A DNA stretch of 64,000 nt, from NCBI GenBank assembly GCA_043228905.1, contig JBHGNT010000010.1, forward strand, positions 5,208,001-5,272,000, given 5' to 3'. The translations under genes and the position numbers were made by a program. The stretch is from Azolla caroliniana (lineage: Eukaryota > Plantae > Polypodiophyta). The first letter of the stretch is position 1, and each line of letters starts with the position of its first letter. Below the pieces are notes generated by a model. It was not told the DNA's origin, did not search any database, and was given only the letters and a program-made list of their open reading frames with translations. Positions 48,814 through 61,188 of the stretch are shown here, piece by piece.

Positions 48814-51800
48814 TGCTGAGAATCAACGCTTGGATTCACCTTCACCACTCGGCCACAACCGATTAATCGCGGATCAATGTAGCAGAAAATAGGAAATACA
48901 GAGAAAGACGCGATACACAGGGATTAACGTGGAAAACCCTATACGGGAAAAACCACGGGAGTGCGAGACTCCGAACCAAACTATGCACAGAGAAATATAC
49001 AATGACGAGCTGCAAGGCAACGACCTTGAGCTCGCTGTCCTCGCCACAGGCGGCGGAAATACACAGAGGCGTCTACCTCTTCCTCTCTCGCGCTCTATCT
49101 CTCTCTCTCTCTCTCACGGCTGCTCCCTCTTCACTCCTCTTGAGTGGAAAAACAGAAAAATAAGAAGCAACAGAAAAACTGTTTGCCCTAAGTCATATTT
49201 ATACTTATATGACTTTGGGCTATTTACAACTATAGCCTCAGGGGGCTCGTAGCGAACATATTCACGGATATGTCCCTGCATCCGGATCGCTCTTCGGGTA
49301 CATTCGTCATCCGGCACCGAAGCCGGGGTCTTCGTCATCCGGATCCGAAACCGAAACCGGGCTTGTCGGCATTCATCTCCGATATCCGACCATCCCATCC
49401 GAAAGGGACCGTAATCCCAACAAACTCCCCCTTCACTTCGGCATGGGATGTCTCTCCAATCCGACCCTCTTCCGGCATGCTTCCAGCTTGTCGGGTGTGA
49501 GGACCTTGGTCAGCATATCCGACCCGTTCTCGTCCGTGTGGATCTTCGTCAGCACGAACTCCTTGTCCTCTATCCTTTCCCGGATCCAGTGGTATCTACG
49601 CTGGATGTGTTTCGTCCGGGAATGGTAAGCCGCGTTCTTCGCAAGGTGGATGGCACTCTGACTATCGCAGTAGAGTCGGTACTCCTCTTGCCGGATACCG
49701 AGCTCTCTAATGAAGTCCTTCATCCATATTATTTCCTTGCCGGCTTCAACAGCCGCCATGTACTCCGCCTCCGTGGTTGACAACGCAACCGTCTTCTGCA
49801 GCCTCGACTGCCACGAAACAGCTCCCCCTGCATACGTCATCACATACCCTGATGTGGACCGGCTGGTATCTGCATCAGCCGACATATCAGAATCAGTAAA
49901 GCCTTCGAGTTCGGGCTTACCGGAGCCGAATCGGAGGCACACGTTTGCCGTGCCCTTCAGGTATCGGAGTATCCACTTGGCCGCGTTCCAATGCTCTTTG
50001 CCGGGATTGCTCATGTACCGGCTCACCACTCCGACTGCATATCCGATGTCCGGTCTCGTACACACCATGGCGTACATCAAGCTCCCGACAGCTGAGGCAT
50101 ACGGCACTTTCATCATATCCTCCTTTTCAGCCTTTGTCTTGGGACTTTGCTTGCTGGACAACTTGCAGTTTGCCGGTAGGGTTGATCCGACCGGTCTTGC
50201 TTCCGACATGTTGAACCGTTGAAGCACCTTTGTCACGTACTTCTCTTGTGACAGCCACAACTGCTTCTTGCTCCGGTCCCGGATGATGTGCATCCCTAGT
50301 ATTTGCCTCGCCGGACCCAGGTCCTTCATTGAGAAGGTTCGGTGAAGAGCCTTCTTCAGCATCCGTATCTTGACCTGGTCCCGTCCGACGATCAACATGT
50401 CGTCCACGTACAGGAGGAGTATTAGGGAGTCTCCTCCTTCGAACTTCTTCACAAACACGCAGTGGTCGGACTGCGTTTTGAGGTACCCTTCGTCGGTCAT
50501 GAAGGAGTCGAACTTCCGGTACCATTGCCGGGGAGCCTGCTTCAGTCCGTAAAGGCTCTTCTTCAACCGGCATACCAGGTGCTCCTTCCCTTTCTTCTCG
50601 AATCCTTCCGGTTGCTGCATGTAGATCTCTTCTTCGAGGTCACCGTGAAGGAATGCCGTCTTCACGTCCATCTGTTCTACCTCGAGGTCCATGCTTGCCG
50701 CTATGCTCAGCACCGTCCGGATGGAGGTCATCTTCACTACCGGGGCAAATATCTCGTCGAAGTCGACGCCCTTCTTCTGCTGAAACCCCTTCACCACGAT
50801 CCTGGCTTTGTATCTCGGGGGGTTTCCGGCATCTCCCGGTTTCAGCTTGAACACCCACTTGTTTCGCAGTGCCCGCTTTCCTTTCGGCAACTCCACAAGT
50901 TCATATGTGTGGTTCTCATGCAGGGAATCCATCTCGTCCTGCATGGCACTCAACCACCTGCGGCTCTGGGTGTCATGCTTTGCTTCTTCAAAGCTCTCCG
51001 GCTCCCCCTCGTCGGTTAGCAACACGTGCTCTGGTTCCGGAAATCTCCGGGGGGCCCTTCTCTCTCTTAGAGGGTATCTCCGTTCCGGAGCTTCGGTAAC
51101 CGGTTCTTCCGATTCTTCTTCTTCATCCGAATCCATTTCGGGATCGGGGCCGGTTCCGGTATCATTTTCATCTTCTTCGGCCGGTTCTGTTTCTTCACCG
51201 TCTTCGGCCGGATCCTCGAGTGCTAACCGGTCCCTTGCCGGTCGGGACTGCTCCTCGTAGAGTTGATCCTCACCGATCGACTTGGAGCTCTTCATCTTCT
51301 TCTCCGACTCCCAGTCGGCGAGCGTCTTGTTCTCCATGAAGATGATATCACGACTCCTGAATATCTTCTTGTCGACCGGGTCCCATACTCGGTAGCCGAA
51401 CTCGTCGTCACCGTAACCGAGGAATATGCATGGCCGGGTCTTAGGATCTAGCTTTCCTCTCCGGTCCTTTGCCACATGCACGTATGCGAGACACCCGAAC
51501 ACCTTTAGATGCCGGTAGGACACTTCCTTACCGGTCCACACTCTCTGCGGCGTGTCTCCGTCCAAAGGAACTGAGGGTGATCTGTTTATCACATATGTCG
51601 CCGTCGACATTGCCTCAGCCCAAAACCCCTTGGGTAATTTCGCATGCGCCAGCATACTCCGGACCCGCTCCATTATGGTCCGGTTCATCCTCTCGGCCAG
51701 CCCGTTCAGTTCCGGCGTCTTCGGCACAGTAAACTCGAGTCGGATTCCCTTCGAGCGACAGTACTCCTGGAACTGCCCTCGGTATTCCCCTCCGTTATCC

Positions 51801-54147
51801 GCTCGTATCGCTTTCAGCTTCTTGCCGGATTCTCTTTCCACTCTCGCGTGGAGTTCTTTGAAGACGGACAACACTTGGTCCTTTGTCTTCAACGGTGCCG
51901 TCCACAGTTTTCGGCTATGATCATCGATGAATGTTACGAAGTACTGGGCTCCGCCATGTGACTTCGTCTCTACCTGACACACGTCAGTGTGCACCAACTC
52001 CAATGGTGCGCTACGTCTCGTCGGTGGCCTTGAGTGGAAGGAGGTTCGGTTCTGCTTACCGGCCAGGCAATCGGTGCACTTCTCCAGGTGCACGTGCTTC
52101 ACTGGGATGAGGTTGTCTTCTGCAAGCCTCTTCATCCCCTTCTCACTCATGTGGCACAGTCTTTTGTGCCACAGCTCACCGGCAGTGTCGGCTGCCACAT
52201 TCAGCTCTTCCGGACATAACCGGGCATTCATCAGGTACAGTGTGTTGACCTTCCGGGCCCGAGCCACTATCAAGCTCCCTTTGCTGAACTTCATGACACC
52301 GTTCCGGATGCTACCTGTGTAGCCTTCATCGTCTAGCCTCCCGGCCGAAATCAGGTTCAGTCGAACCTCCGGAACATGTCGGACATCCTTCAGCAGCATT
52401 TTGCATCCGGTCGGGGTTGTCAACCACACGTCTCCTATGCCGGCAATCCGGCACGTACCTTCATTTCCCATCCGAACACAGCCATGCTCACCGGCTGTGT
52501 AGGATGAGAAGTATCTTCTCTCCGGGGTCAGGTGGAACGATGCTCCGGAATCGACCACCCAGGTCGTCTCATCGCCGGCAACGTTTAGCTCACCTTCTTC
52601 GGTGATGAGCATGATTTCTTCCTCACTTGCCGCGAGTGCCGTTGTTCCTTTCCGGTCCTGCCCTCGCCGATCCGAACCTCTCCGGTCCGTGGCTCCCCGG
52701 TATGCACCGTTTCTCTCCGGTGACTTCTTCGAGTCGGTGTCGTCGGCTCCGTTGTCTTTTCGGTAATGCCGACAATTCTTTCGGAAGTGCCCCGGCTTCC
52801 CACAGTGGAAGCATGTGGGTCTTCCTCTTGACTGCGACCGGGTCCCAGACTTCTCCCGTCTTTGCGGACTCCGGTTCCATTGTCTTCCCCGATCCGATTC
52901 GGTAAACAGCATCTTCGGGTCGGAGGCCGGTTCCTTATCTCTCCGACGCGCTTCTTCATTCAGAATACTTGTCTTTACCGTTTGTAAGGACAAGTTATCT
53001 TCGGTGCACGAGGTGCTGAGAGTCACCACCAAGTTCTCCCAGCTTTCCGGCAATGTACACATCAGGATGATGGCTTGCATTGCATCCTCCAACGGGAACT
53101 TGATCGCCGCAAGCTGATTCACGAATCCCATGAACGTGCTTACGTGTTCCACCATACTCTCGCCGTCCCGGTACTTGAGATTCACTATCTTCCTCATCAG
53201 GGAGGTCCGGTTCAACGCATTCTTCCTCTCATAGAGGCCCGACAGCTTCTTCCACATCTCGTATGCGTTGGTGTCGTTCGCCACATGTTGTAGGACGCTT
53301 ACATCGACGTATTGTCGGATCGTCGCTACGGCTTTCCGGTTCAGGAGCTTCCACTCCGACTCAAGTACCCCTTTCGGTATTTCCGACCTGTCAATCGGTT
53401 CGTACAGGTCCCGAACAATCAGAAGATCCTCCATCTTGATCTTCCAGTCGGCGTAATTCTGTGCATTCAGCACCATCATCGTCGGCTGCCCGCTGCCGCC
53501 GCCTTCCATTTTCTGCAACAGTCGCTCTGATACCAGTTTGTTGAGAATCAACGCTTGGATTCACCTTCACCACTCGGCCACAACCGATTAATCGCGGATC
53601 AATGTAGCAGAAAATAGGAAATACAGAGAAAGACGCGATACACAGGGATTAACGTGGAAAACCCTATACGGGAAAAACCACGGGAGTGCGAGACTCCGAA
53701 CCAAACTATGCACAGAGAAATATACAATGACGAGCTGCAAGGCAACGACCTTGAGCTCGCTGTCCTCGCCACAGGCGGCGGAAATACACAGAGGCGTCTA
53801 CCTCTTCCTCTCTCGCGCTCTATCTCTCTCTCTCTCTCTCACGGCTGCTCCCTCTTCACTCCTCTTGAGTGGAAAAACAGAAAAATAAGAAGCAACAGAA
53901 AAACTGTTTGCCCTAAGTCATATTTATACTTATATGACTTTGGGCTATTTACAACTATAGCCTCAGGGGGCTCGTAGCGAACATATTCACGGATATGTCC
54001 CTGCATCCGGATCGCTCTTCGGGTACATTCGTCATCCGGCACCGAAGCCGGGGTCTTCGTCATCCGGATCCGAAACCGAAACCGGGCTTGTCGGCATTCA
54101 TCTCCGATATCCGACCATCCCATCCGAAAGGGACCGTAATCCCAACA
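48814..54147 (-). mobile_element. Intact, recent Ty1/Copia LTR retrotransposon without a normal TSD
   Basis: 609-bp LTRs at 48814-49422 and 53539-54147, iMet PBS at 53524-53535, PPT at 49423-49440 overlapping the stop codon. Confidence 0.97.
49433..53509 (-). CDS. Copia gag-pol polyprotein, uninterrupted
   Basis: ORF from ATG 53509 with CFHCGKPGH, WVVDSGAS, HTDVC..ADNGGEY, LYVDDM, FTDSDM and KHIQRRYHW. Confidence 0.96.
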   Translation of the reverse strand: MEGGGSGQPTMMVLNAQNYADWKIKMEDLLIVRDLYEPIDRSEIPKGVLESEWKLLNRKAVATIRQYVDVSVLQHVANDTNAYEMWKKLSGLYERKNALNRTSLMRKIVNLKYRDGESMVEHVSTFMGFVNQLAAIKFPLEDAMQAIILMCTLPESWENLVVTLSTSCTEDNLSLQTVKTSILNEEARRRDKEPASDPKMLFTESDRGRQWNRSPQRREKSGTRSQSRGRPTCFHCGKPGHFRKNCRHYRKDNGADDTDSKKSPERNGAYRGATDRRGSDRRGQDRKGTTALAASEEEIMLITEEGELNVAGDETTWVVDSGASFHLTPERRYFSSYTAGEHGCVRMGNEGTCRIAGIGDVWLTTPTGCKMLLKDVRHVPEVRLNLISAGRLDDEGYTGSIRNGVMKFSKGSLIVARARKVNTLYLMNARLCPEELNVAADTAGELWHKRLCHMSEKGMKRLAEDNLIPVKHVHLEKCTDCLAGKQNRTSFHSRPPTRRSAPLELVHTDVCQVETKSHGGAQYFVTFIDDHSRKLWTAPLKTKDQVLSVFKELHARVERESGKKLKAIRADNGGEYRGQFQEYCRSKGIRLEFTVPKTPELNGLAERMNRTIMERVRSMLAHAKLPKGFWAEAMSTATYVINRSPSVPLDGDTPQRVWTGKEVSYRHLKVFGCLAYVHVAKDRRGKLDPKTRPCIFLGYGDDEFGYRVWDPVDKKIFRSRDIIFMENKTLADWESEKKMKSSKSIGEDQLYEEQSRPARDRLALEDPAEDGEETEPAEEDENDTGTGPDPEMDSDEEEESEEPVTEAPERRYPLRERRAPRRFPEPEHVLLTDEGEPESFEEAKHDTQSRRWLSAMQDEMDSLHENHTYELVELPKGKRALRNKWVFKLKPGDAGNPPRYKARIVVKGFQQKKGVDFDEIFAPVVKMTSIRTVLSIAASMDLEVEQMDVKTAFLHGDLEEEIYMQQPEGFEKKGKEHLVCRLKKSLYGLKQAPRQWYRKFDSFMTDEGYLKTQSDHCVFVKKFEGGDSLILLLYVDDMLIVGRDQVKIRMLKKALHRTFSMKDLGPARQILGMHIIRDRSKKQLWLSQEKYVTKVLQRFNMSEARPVGSTLPANCKLSSKQSPKTKAEKEDMMKVPYASAVGSLMYAMVCTRPDIGYAVGVVSRYMSNPGKEHWNAAKWILRYLKGTANVCLRFGSGKPELEGFTDSDMSADADTSRSTSGYVMTYAGGAVSWQSRLQKTVALSTTEAEYMAAVEAGKEIIWMKDFIRELGIRQEEYRLYCDSQSAIHLAKNAAYHSRTKHIQRRYHWIRERIEDKEFVLTKIHTDENGSDMLTKVLTPDKLEACRKRVGLERHPMPK

Positions 54148-56126
54148 ATACCATCTATTTTTCATTTAAGTTTTATTATAGGAAATTAATGTATATTCTA
54201 GATTTCTCTGGAACATTCTAGAAGCTTCAGGATTACTCTTGAGAACACTATAAAAGAAGGCACTAGGCATTATGTTGAACCAAATTAGTTCAACGCCAGT
54301 CTTAAGCCTCTTAGCCATTTTGTACTTATCCTTCACATAATATATTGGCTGTTATCATCATCTCTCTCTCTCTCATCCTCACTATCTCTCTTTTCTCTTC
54401 TCTCTTTCTCTCTCTCTCGGGAGTCTTACGTAGTCCCCTCCTCTTAGTTCTAATAGTACTTCTCTTCTTTAGTACTAATTCCATCTCTGCTTTAGCATTA
54501 TTCCTGACAGTATATGTCTCATTTCTCCTTGATCTTTCTCATTTGTAGGGCATTATTCATACTAAGTTTAAAGTGCCCTATGACTAGAGCATTGATTGAA
54601 TCTCTCAAGAACTTTTTGAATGTGTTTTTCTAAGATAGTCAAAAGTTTCTTATTTTCTCTATCCTTGGTTATCTTCGTACTAAGGATTTGCTTAGATGGT
54701 TTGAAGTTCTTAATAGGAAAAGACTTACTAAGCTCTCTCTCATGTTGTTATTTAATGAATGTCTTCTTTCAAATCACCATGACGGAAGGTGGTCCTCACA
54801 TCTAGTTGTTTAATTTCTCGATGTAAATGTTTGAATATTGAAAGAGTTGGCAAGTTTGTCTAGATTTTTGAGTTGAAACACTTGTTTCGACCATTTTAGA
54901 GTGTTTTCGGTGATGGTGATGGATTGAATGGAATTTTGAGCTAGAATTTTGCCTCTTACGAAAATCATAGTTCTTTATACCATTTTGGAGTTTCTCCACC
55001 AGATAAAAATAGTAGTTTCTCCTTTAATATGGACATATTCTTATCTTACAAAAGGACCTATTTAGATGTCCATATTAACTTCATTGCTATAACTTTCTTA
55101 GTAATCCCTTCAAAGATCCGAACAAGGTTCTAAGCCTCGACCTTATTAGTTTAAGTTGTTAACTCTTGTCAATCTATCTTTTATTTTTACTTTAAGCTCA
55201 TTATATGTCCTCTTAGTTACATTTTCAACCAAACCCTTAACCTTTTGTACACTTGGATTCCAACTCTTTTCTCCCATCATACATACCCTGCCACAACAAT
55301 GGGACTTGGTACATGATCCCAAAATCTTGAGTGTTGGGCCTTGTACAACCAAGCCTGTCATGCAATGCTCATGAGTTCTAGGCTGCATATTCTAAGCACC
55401 AAGTTCATTTATAATCTAAAGGGATTCCCATTCATTAAACCCTAAAATCGTTATGAACAACGAGCAAGTCCAATATGGTAATTGCTTTATAATAATAAAA
55501 AGAATTAAATGTGTGCCTCTAGATTTTGATGTTGTGGTGCCTTTCCAATTGGGTGACGCTCAAAACTTTAATGACGAACAAAATACAAGAAGATTCTCTT
55601 AAACACTCAAAACAAAAGTGAGGAATGAGGACACAATAAGGCTCGCCTCGAGGATAATGGAAATAGAGGTAGAAAAACGAACATCGAAAGACCTACACAT
55701 CAATACTATTGCTACTAGTTTTGCAAGCAACTCTACACTAGAACCAAAACTTTACATTCACCTCCAATGCATGATGCCAAGTGTAGGATTCACTTCTAGG
55801 ATGCACTTTCGTCACATTTTCTTCACCCAAACCCAATCACTCATTTCCTGATTTTAACCCTTGACACGCACAACCTACTACATAAGAACATTAAAAAAAC
55901 TTCCTAAAAACACTTGTACATATAGCACAATTGTGCAAATTCAAATCCTTGTGTGTATAGCTTAGCATTTGCTCTCTTTTTACATTCCAATGCATTCAAC
56001 CATAAAATACAAGCTCGCCCATTTCACGCATACAACGTGCACCTACAAGCGCATCCACACAAGTCAAGAGGGGAAAGCTCCTCAGAACAACTATTACATT
56101 TTGGCACTTACACAAAATCCCACAAT

Positions 56127-56449
56127 CATTGTTGTGAAATACTTAGCAAAAAATACGTGTAGAATACGTATTCTAAGTATTCTAGCTTTTTCTTAAATAC
56201 TTAGAATACATATTTTATAGATAAAATAAGTTAAATACTTAGAATACGTGTAGAATACTTGTAAAATACTTCTTAAAATTTAAAGTTTTTATTTTCAAAT
56301 AAATTTGATTTTTTTTTGAAATAATAAATACTTGTTAAATACGTAGAATACGTCAATTTTTTTAAAAACGGTAGTTCTAAAATGTAGAATACTTTAGAGT
56401 ATTCTAAAACATACTCTAAACATAGAATACGCATTTTTTAAGAAATATG
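56127..56449. mobile_element. Non-autonomous hAT MITE (323 bp)
   Basis: Perfect 8-bp TSD CCCACAAT (56119-56126 / 56450-56457), CAT...ATG degenerate TIRs, many AGAATAC(G) subterminal motifs. Confidence 0.8.
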
Positions 56450-56507
56450 CCCACAATCCTTCATCAATAGTTCTATCCTCCCTAGTTTAGGTAATTAGTG
56501 ATCATAT

Positions 56508-59500
56508 TGTGGTGTCCCTTTCATGCAAGAGCATGCATTTGAACACACCACTCTTTTAGCCACTCCCGTTTAGCACATCACCCATTTTAGCCCACCCTTT
56601 TAGCACACCATTTTGGGACACGTGTAGCTAGGCCGTCCCAAAATGGGTCCTTAGTATCTTCTATATATTGAATGATAAGTATGAAGCAAGCTAGGCTGGT
56701 TTGGTTTCCTTTTATGTGCATTTCACATAATTGGTGGAGAAGCGGGGTCAAAATTTAGCCACTACTACCTTGTTCATGGCATCCCAATTCCCTTCTGCCG
56801 CCTCCAACGTCGATACCCCAATGGAGCCTGAGTTCTCGCAACCTCACGCACGACCTTCCCCTTTCCAAATGGAGCAGCTCCTGGAACTCGTCTCCAACGC
56901 CATGCTTCAAATCAACCATACGAATCAAGCTATGCTCTCCTTCCTCTCCGCTCACAACGACCGCGCGCAAGATCGTCCAGATTCCAAGGTGCGCCCGAAG
57001 TCCTTCTCCGGATTGCTTTCCGAGGATGTCTTAGCTTGGTTGGATCATTTTGAGATGATCTCTAGTTACCATCGATGGTCCGACGAGCGCAAAGCTTTGG
57101 AAGTTCGTACCCTACTCGAAAACGTCGCCGCCACCTAGTAAATCCAACAATCAAGCGACGTGATCGAGAATTGGGTGATCCTTCAGGATCTCCTCGTACA
57201 AAACTTCGCCCATCAAAATTCAGCCCAAACGGCGTTACAACAACTCGAAACATTGTAGCAACAAGCACACGAACCTGTGGGCCAAGTTGGTGTTCGCCTC
57301 AATCAACTCCTCATTTGCGCTGACCCTACCATGCCTGAGCATGTGAAGCTTTTCTTCTTATGGCCTCGTCTGCGCCACGACATCACTCGCCGCGCTCGGG
57401 ACCAAGGTCCACAGACATTCAACGACGCCATCCTCATTGCCCAACGAATCGAAGCTTGTACATTATCTGACACCCAACCTTGTTGGCCCCATCCATCAGC
57501 CACCGACTCACGCGCCCAATACCAAGGCGCGGCCCCCATGGACATTGATGTCCAAAGCATGCAATTGCAAGCTCGCCGCAACCGTCCCGATCGCGATAGC
57601 CAAGGGCGCCCGAGGTGTTTCTACTGCCAAAATTATGGACAGGTCCAACATCAGTGCCGAAAATTGCAACAACAATCTCGCAAGCAACAAGTCCAGGTAA
57701 CTATGGCTGACGTGGCATCGTTGGTTGAGCTTCCGGGAAACTGACGTCGAGGGTGCTGATGGAAGAGCCAACCCTCCACATCCAAGCGTCCGCCTCTTCT
57801 AGTTCGAGGGTATGCACCGCCCTCGCCACCATTAATCACTGCACCCACACCATCTTATTAGACACTAGTAGTAGTATATCTTCTATTAGCACCGCTTTAG
57901 TACACCGGTTAGGTCTCCCCACATCCACTGCTCCTTCCATCCAAGTCCTTTTTGGTGATCACCAACATCTTTATCACTCTCACACACAAGCCCATTGCAC
58001 CTTCACCTTAGGCACTATCACCTTCTCACATCACTTTTATGTCTTGCCCCACCAACTCTTCCCCCTCACCCTAGGCTATGATTGGTTCCTCAAGCGTCGC
58101 GTTGTGATTGATTTTGATGCCCACAAACTTCTTGTCCCACATGCTTCCCCTATCCCTCTTCTACAAGATAGCTCCCCTAGCCCCCACCTTAGCCAAGTTC
58201 AGGTAGCACTTAGTCCACAAGAGCGATTGGTCTCCATTCGCCAATTATTAGCTCGTTTTCCATCACTAACCCTCCAACCCACACATGCTCCTACTGTCTC
58301 TTTCCCAGTACAACATGCCATTCGTACTGGGGAGGCCACTCCGATCCGCATGGATACCCGCCGACGTTCCCCTCTCAACCACGATCACATTGATGCGGCC
58401 GTCACCGACATGCTCACCAAAGGTATTATCATTCCTTCCACCAGCAATTGGGTTTCGGAACCCCACCTCGTCAAGAAGGATGATGGCACCTTCCGCTTTT
58501 GCATCGACTTCAGGCCTCTTAACAAAGTGACTATCCATGACCTCTACCCGCTCCCTCGCGTGGACGACCTCTTGGATCAAATCGGTGGCTCCCGTTATTT
58601 CACCTCCTTGGACTTAGCCTCGGGATTCGGGATATTGGCAAATCCCCCTAAAACCTTCTGATGCCCACAAGACCGCATTCCGCACACGCCGCGGGCTATT
58701 CCAATTCACTCACATGCCGTTCGGCCTGTCTGATGTTGGCAGCACATTCTAGCGCATGGCCAACTCCATTTTTGCCGCCCTTATCAACAAAGGTGTCCTC
58801 CTCGTTTATCTCAATGACATCCTTATCCACACGGCCACTTGGGAGGACCATCTACAAGCTCTCGCCGAAGTCCTCGCTTGCATAACTAAGCATAACTTGC
58901 AGCTCCAATGGAAGAAGTGTCGATGGGGAAGCACCAACCTCCGTTTTCTCGGCTTCATCATCTCTGGTGACGGAATCCGTATGGACCCTGCAAAGGTAGC
59001 AGCCATCAACGACTACCCTCGCCCCACTTCAGTCAAATCCTTGCAACGTTTTTTGGGCATGATCACCTTTTCCCTTCGCTTCATCCCAAACCTTGCCTTG
59101 GTCACTTTTACCCTTCGCCAACTCTCGAAGAAAGGCGTGTCATTCAGTTGGGATCTTGCTTGTGAAGATAGCTTTTGTCGCCTTAAAACCATGGTCAAGG
59201 AATTAGGGTTGCTCGCCCATCCTAACTTTGACTGACCGTTCACATTGCAGACAGATGCATCAAACCAGGGGTTAGGAGCCGTCCTCTTGCAAGCCGATTG
59301 CCATGGGCAAGAGAAGGCGGTCGCCTTCATTAGTCGGACTCTCACGCCGGCTGAACGCAACTACTCAACCACTGAGAAGGAGCTACTTGCGATTGTCTGG
59401 TCTTTCCAGCGTTTTCATCCATACCTTCATGGTGGACAGGTTACGGTTGAGACCGACCACCAACCCTTGCTTTCTCTTATCCATCGACCTCACCCCCCAG

Positions 59501-61188
59501 GCCACTTGTTGCGATGGACGTTGGCACTTCAAGATTATCAGTTTACCCTCTCCTATCGGAAAGGTGCAACCAATTTGGTCGCTGATAGTCTCTCGCGCCG
59601 ACTGCTAGGCTGTCCAATTTCTCCCTGAGACATTCGATCTTCCGATACCATTGCCACAACTCGCTACGCTTCAACAACACGACCCCGCCATCCAATAGAT
59701 AATCCATCAGTTGCGCTCCCTCCAACCGTTTCCCTCACAACGACGGTTCATGCTCCGTGATAACTTGGTATTCTTCATTCAAGCACATCACGAGCCTCGT
59801 CTCTTCATCCCTCATGCCCTACAACAAACGTATCTCCAATTTTATCACGACCACCCATTGTCGGGCCACTTGGGTTTCCACAAGGTTCTTGAATAATTAC
59901 GTCTCAAGTATTACTGGCCCAACATGAGACACTCAGTCTCTACCTATATCAAACAATGCGCTTTGTGTCAACACATCAAACCTGGGGGCAAGCTAGCTGG
60001 AACACTCCAACCCATCACTGTCACGTCACCTTTCGAGCTGGTCGGATGGGATTTCATGGGACCTTTTCCGGAAACCTCTAGGGGCAACAAGTATATCCTT
60101 GTCATAACATAATACCTCACACGATGGGCTGAAACTGTTGCCATCCCCGACGTCACTGTGCCAACAATTGCCTCCCAACTCTTGCAAAAGGTAATATTTC
60201 AACATGGTTGCCCTATCCAAATCTTATCTTATTAGGGCCGCCAGTTCCATGGGGATGTCCTCAATGCTGTGGCAACTCAACTAGGTGTCCAACAAGTGTT
60301 TACATCCCCTTACCATCCTCAAACAAATGGCCTCACTGAACGCCTCAACAAGACCCTCAAGCAAGAAATTGCCGCTTACATCGATCCATGCCACAAAACC
60401 TAGGATCAAATCTTGCCTTTTGTCACCCATGCCTACAATACATCCGTACAAGCGTCGACACGGATCAGCCCTTTTCGAGCACTCTATGGACGCGACCCGC
60501 GGCTCCCACCAGAAACGTCCATTGACATCTGTTCTAAACCTGCCCACATGGATAGTGCTACTTGGGGGCTTTATCTCCAACAAATGTTCCCCCTCCTTCG
60601 ACAAGCCAGCTCCCGAAATCTACAAGTCGCACAACAACGTCAAAAGCGACACTACAACGTGGGTCGAATCACCCCGACGTATGCTGATGGAACCAAAGTC
60701 CATGTTTACTTCCCAATCCGGCGGCGTGGTCTCAGTGAATCCCTCATGCACCAGTGGATCGGCCCATTCACCGTAATTCGTGCCATCAAGTCCATGACTT
60801 ACTCCGATGCGATTCCAACGGTCGACTTACTTACTTCGTCGTGATTCCAACGGTCGATTCACCTCAGCCCATGTTGCCCGTATCAAGCCATATGCTACCC
60901 CAAGCCTATCTTCTAGCACCCCTCCTTCTCTCATAGCGTAACACTCCTTGTTTTTCTGAGGGGGGAAATGTGGTGTCCCTTTCATGCAAGAGCATGCATT
61001 TGAACACACCACTCTTTTAGCCACTCCCGTTTAGCACATCACCCATTTTAGCCCACCCTTTTAGCACACCATTTTGGGACACGTGTAGCTAGGCCGTCCC
61101 AAAATGGGTCCTTTGTATCTTCTATATATTGAATGATAAGTATGAAGCTAGCTAGGCTGGTTTGGTTTCCTTTTATGTGCATTTCACA
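56508..61188 (+). mobile_element. Full-length but coding-degenerate Ty3/Gypsy element (no chromodomain), tRNA-Ala primed, 4-bp TSD
   Basis: 220-bp LTRs at 56508-56727 and 60969-61188 (2 mismatches), TSD ATAT, PBS TGGTGGAGAAGCGGGGT at 56732-56748, PPT at ~60957-60968. gag ~56776-57744, pol ~57735-60830 with protease LLDTS, RT FRFCIDFR/YLND, RH QTDASN and integrase. Confidence 0.95.
57735..57780 (+). promoter_or_regulatory. -1 programmed ribosomal frameshift signal at the gag/pol junction
   Basis: G GGA AAC heptamer directly before the gag TGA. pol is open in the -1 frame, and a GAGGGT..ACCCTC stem starts ~6 nt downstream. Confidence 0.75.

Larger units (their letters stand above)
47877..55088. 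repeat. 941-bp direct repeat (47877-48817 = 54148-55088) flanking the intact Copia
   Basis: Constant offset of 6271. The duplicated ORFs 48074/54345, 48349/54620 and 48531/54802 are identical, and no mismatch was seen by eye. Confidence 0.96.

Noticed and set aside
49443-53573. Numerous overlapping 60-185 aa ORFs on other frames and strands
   Set aside because: Shadow ORFs of GC-rich Copia coding sequence. The same applies in 23100-27300, 35200-39000 and 56700-61000.
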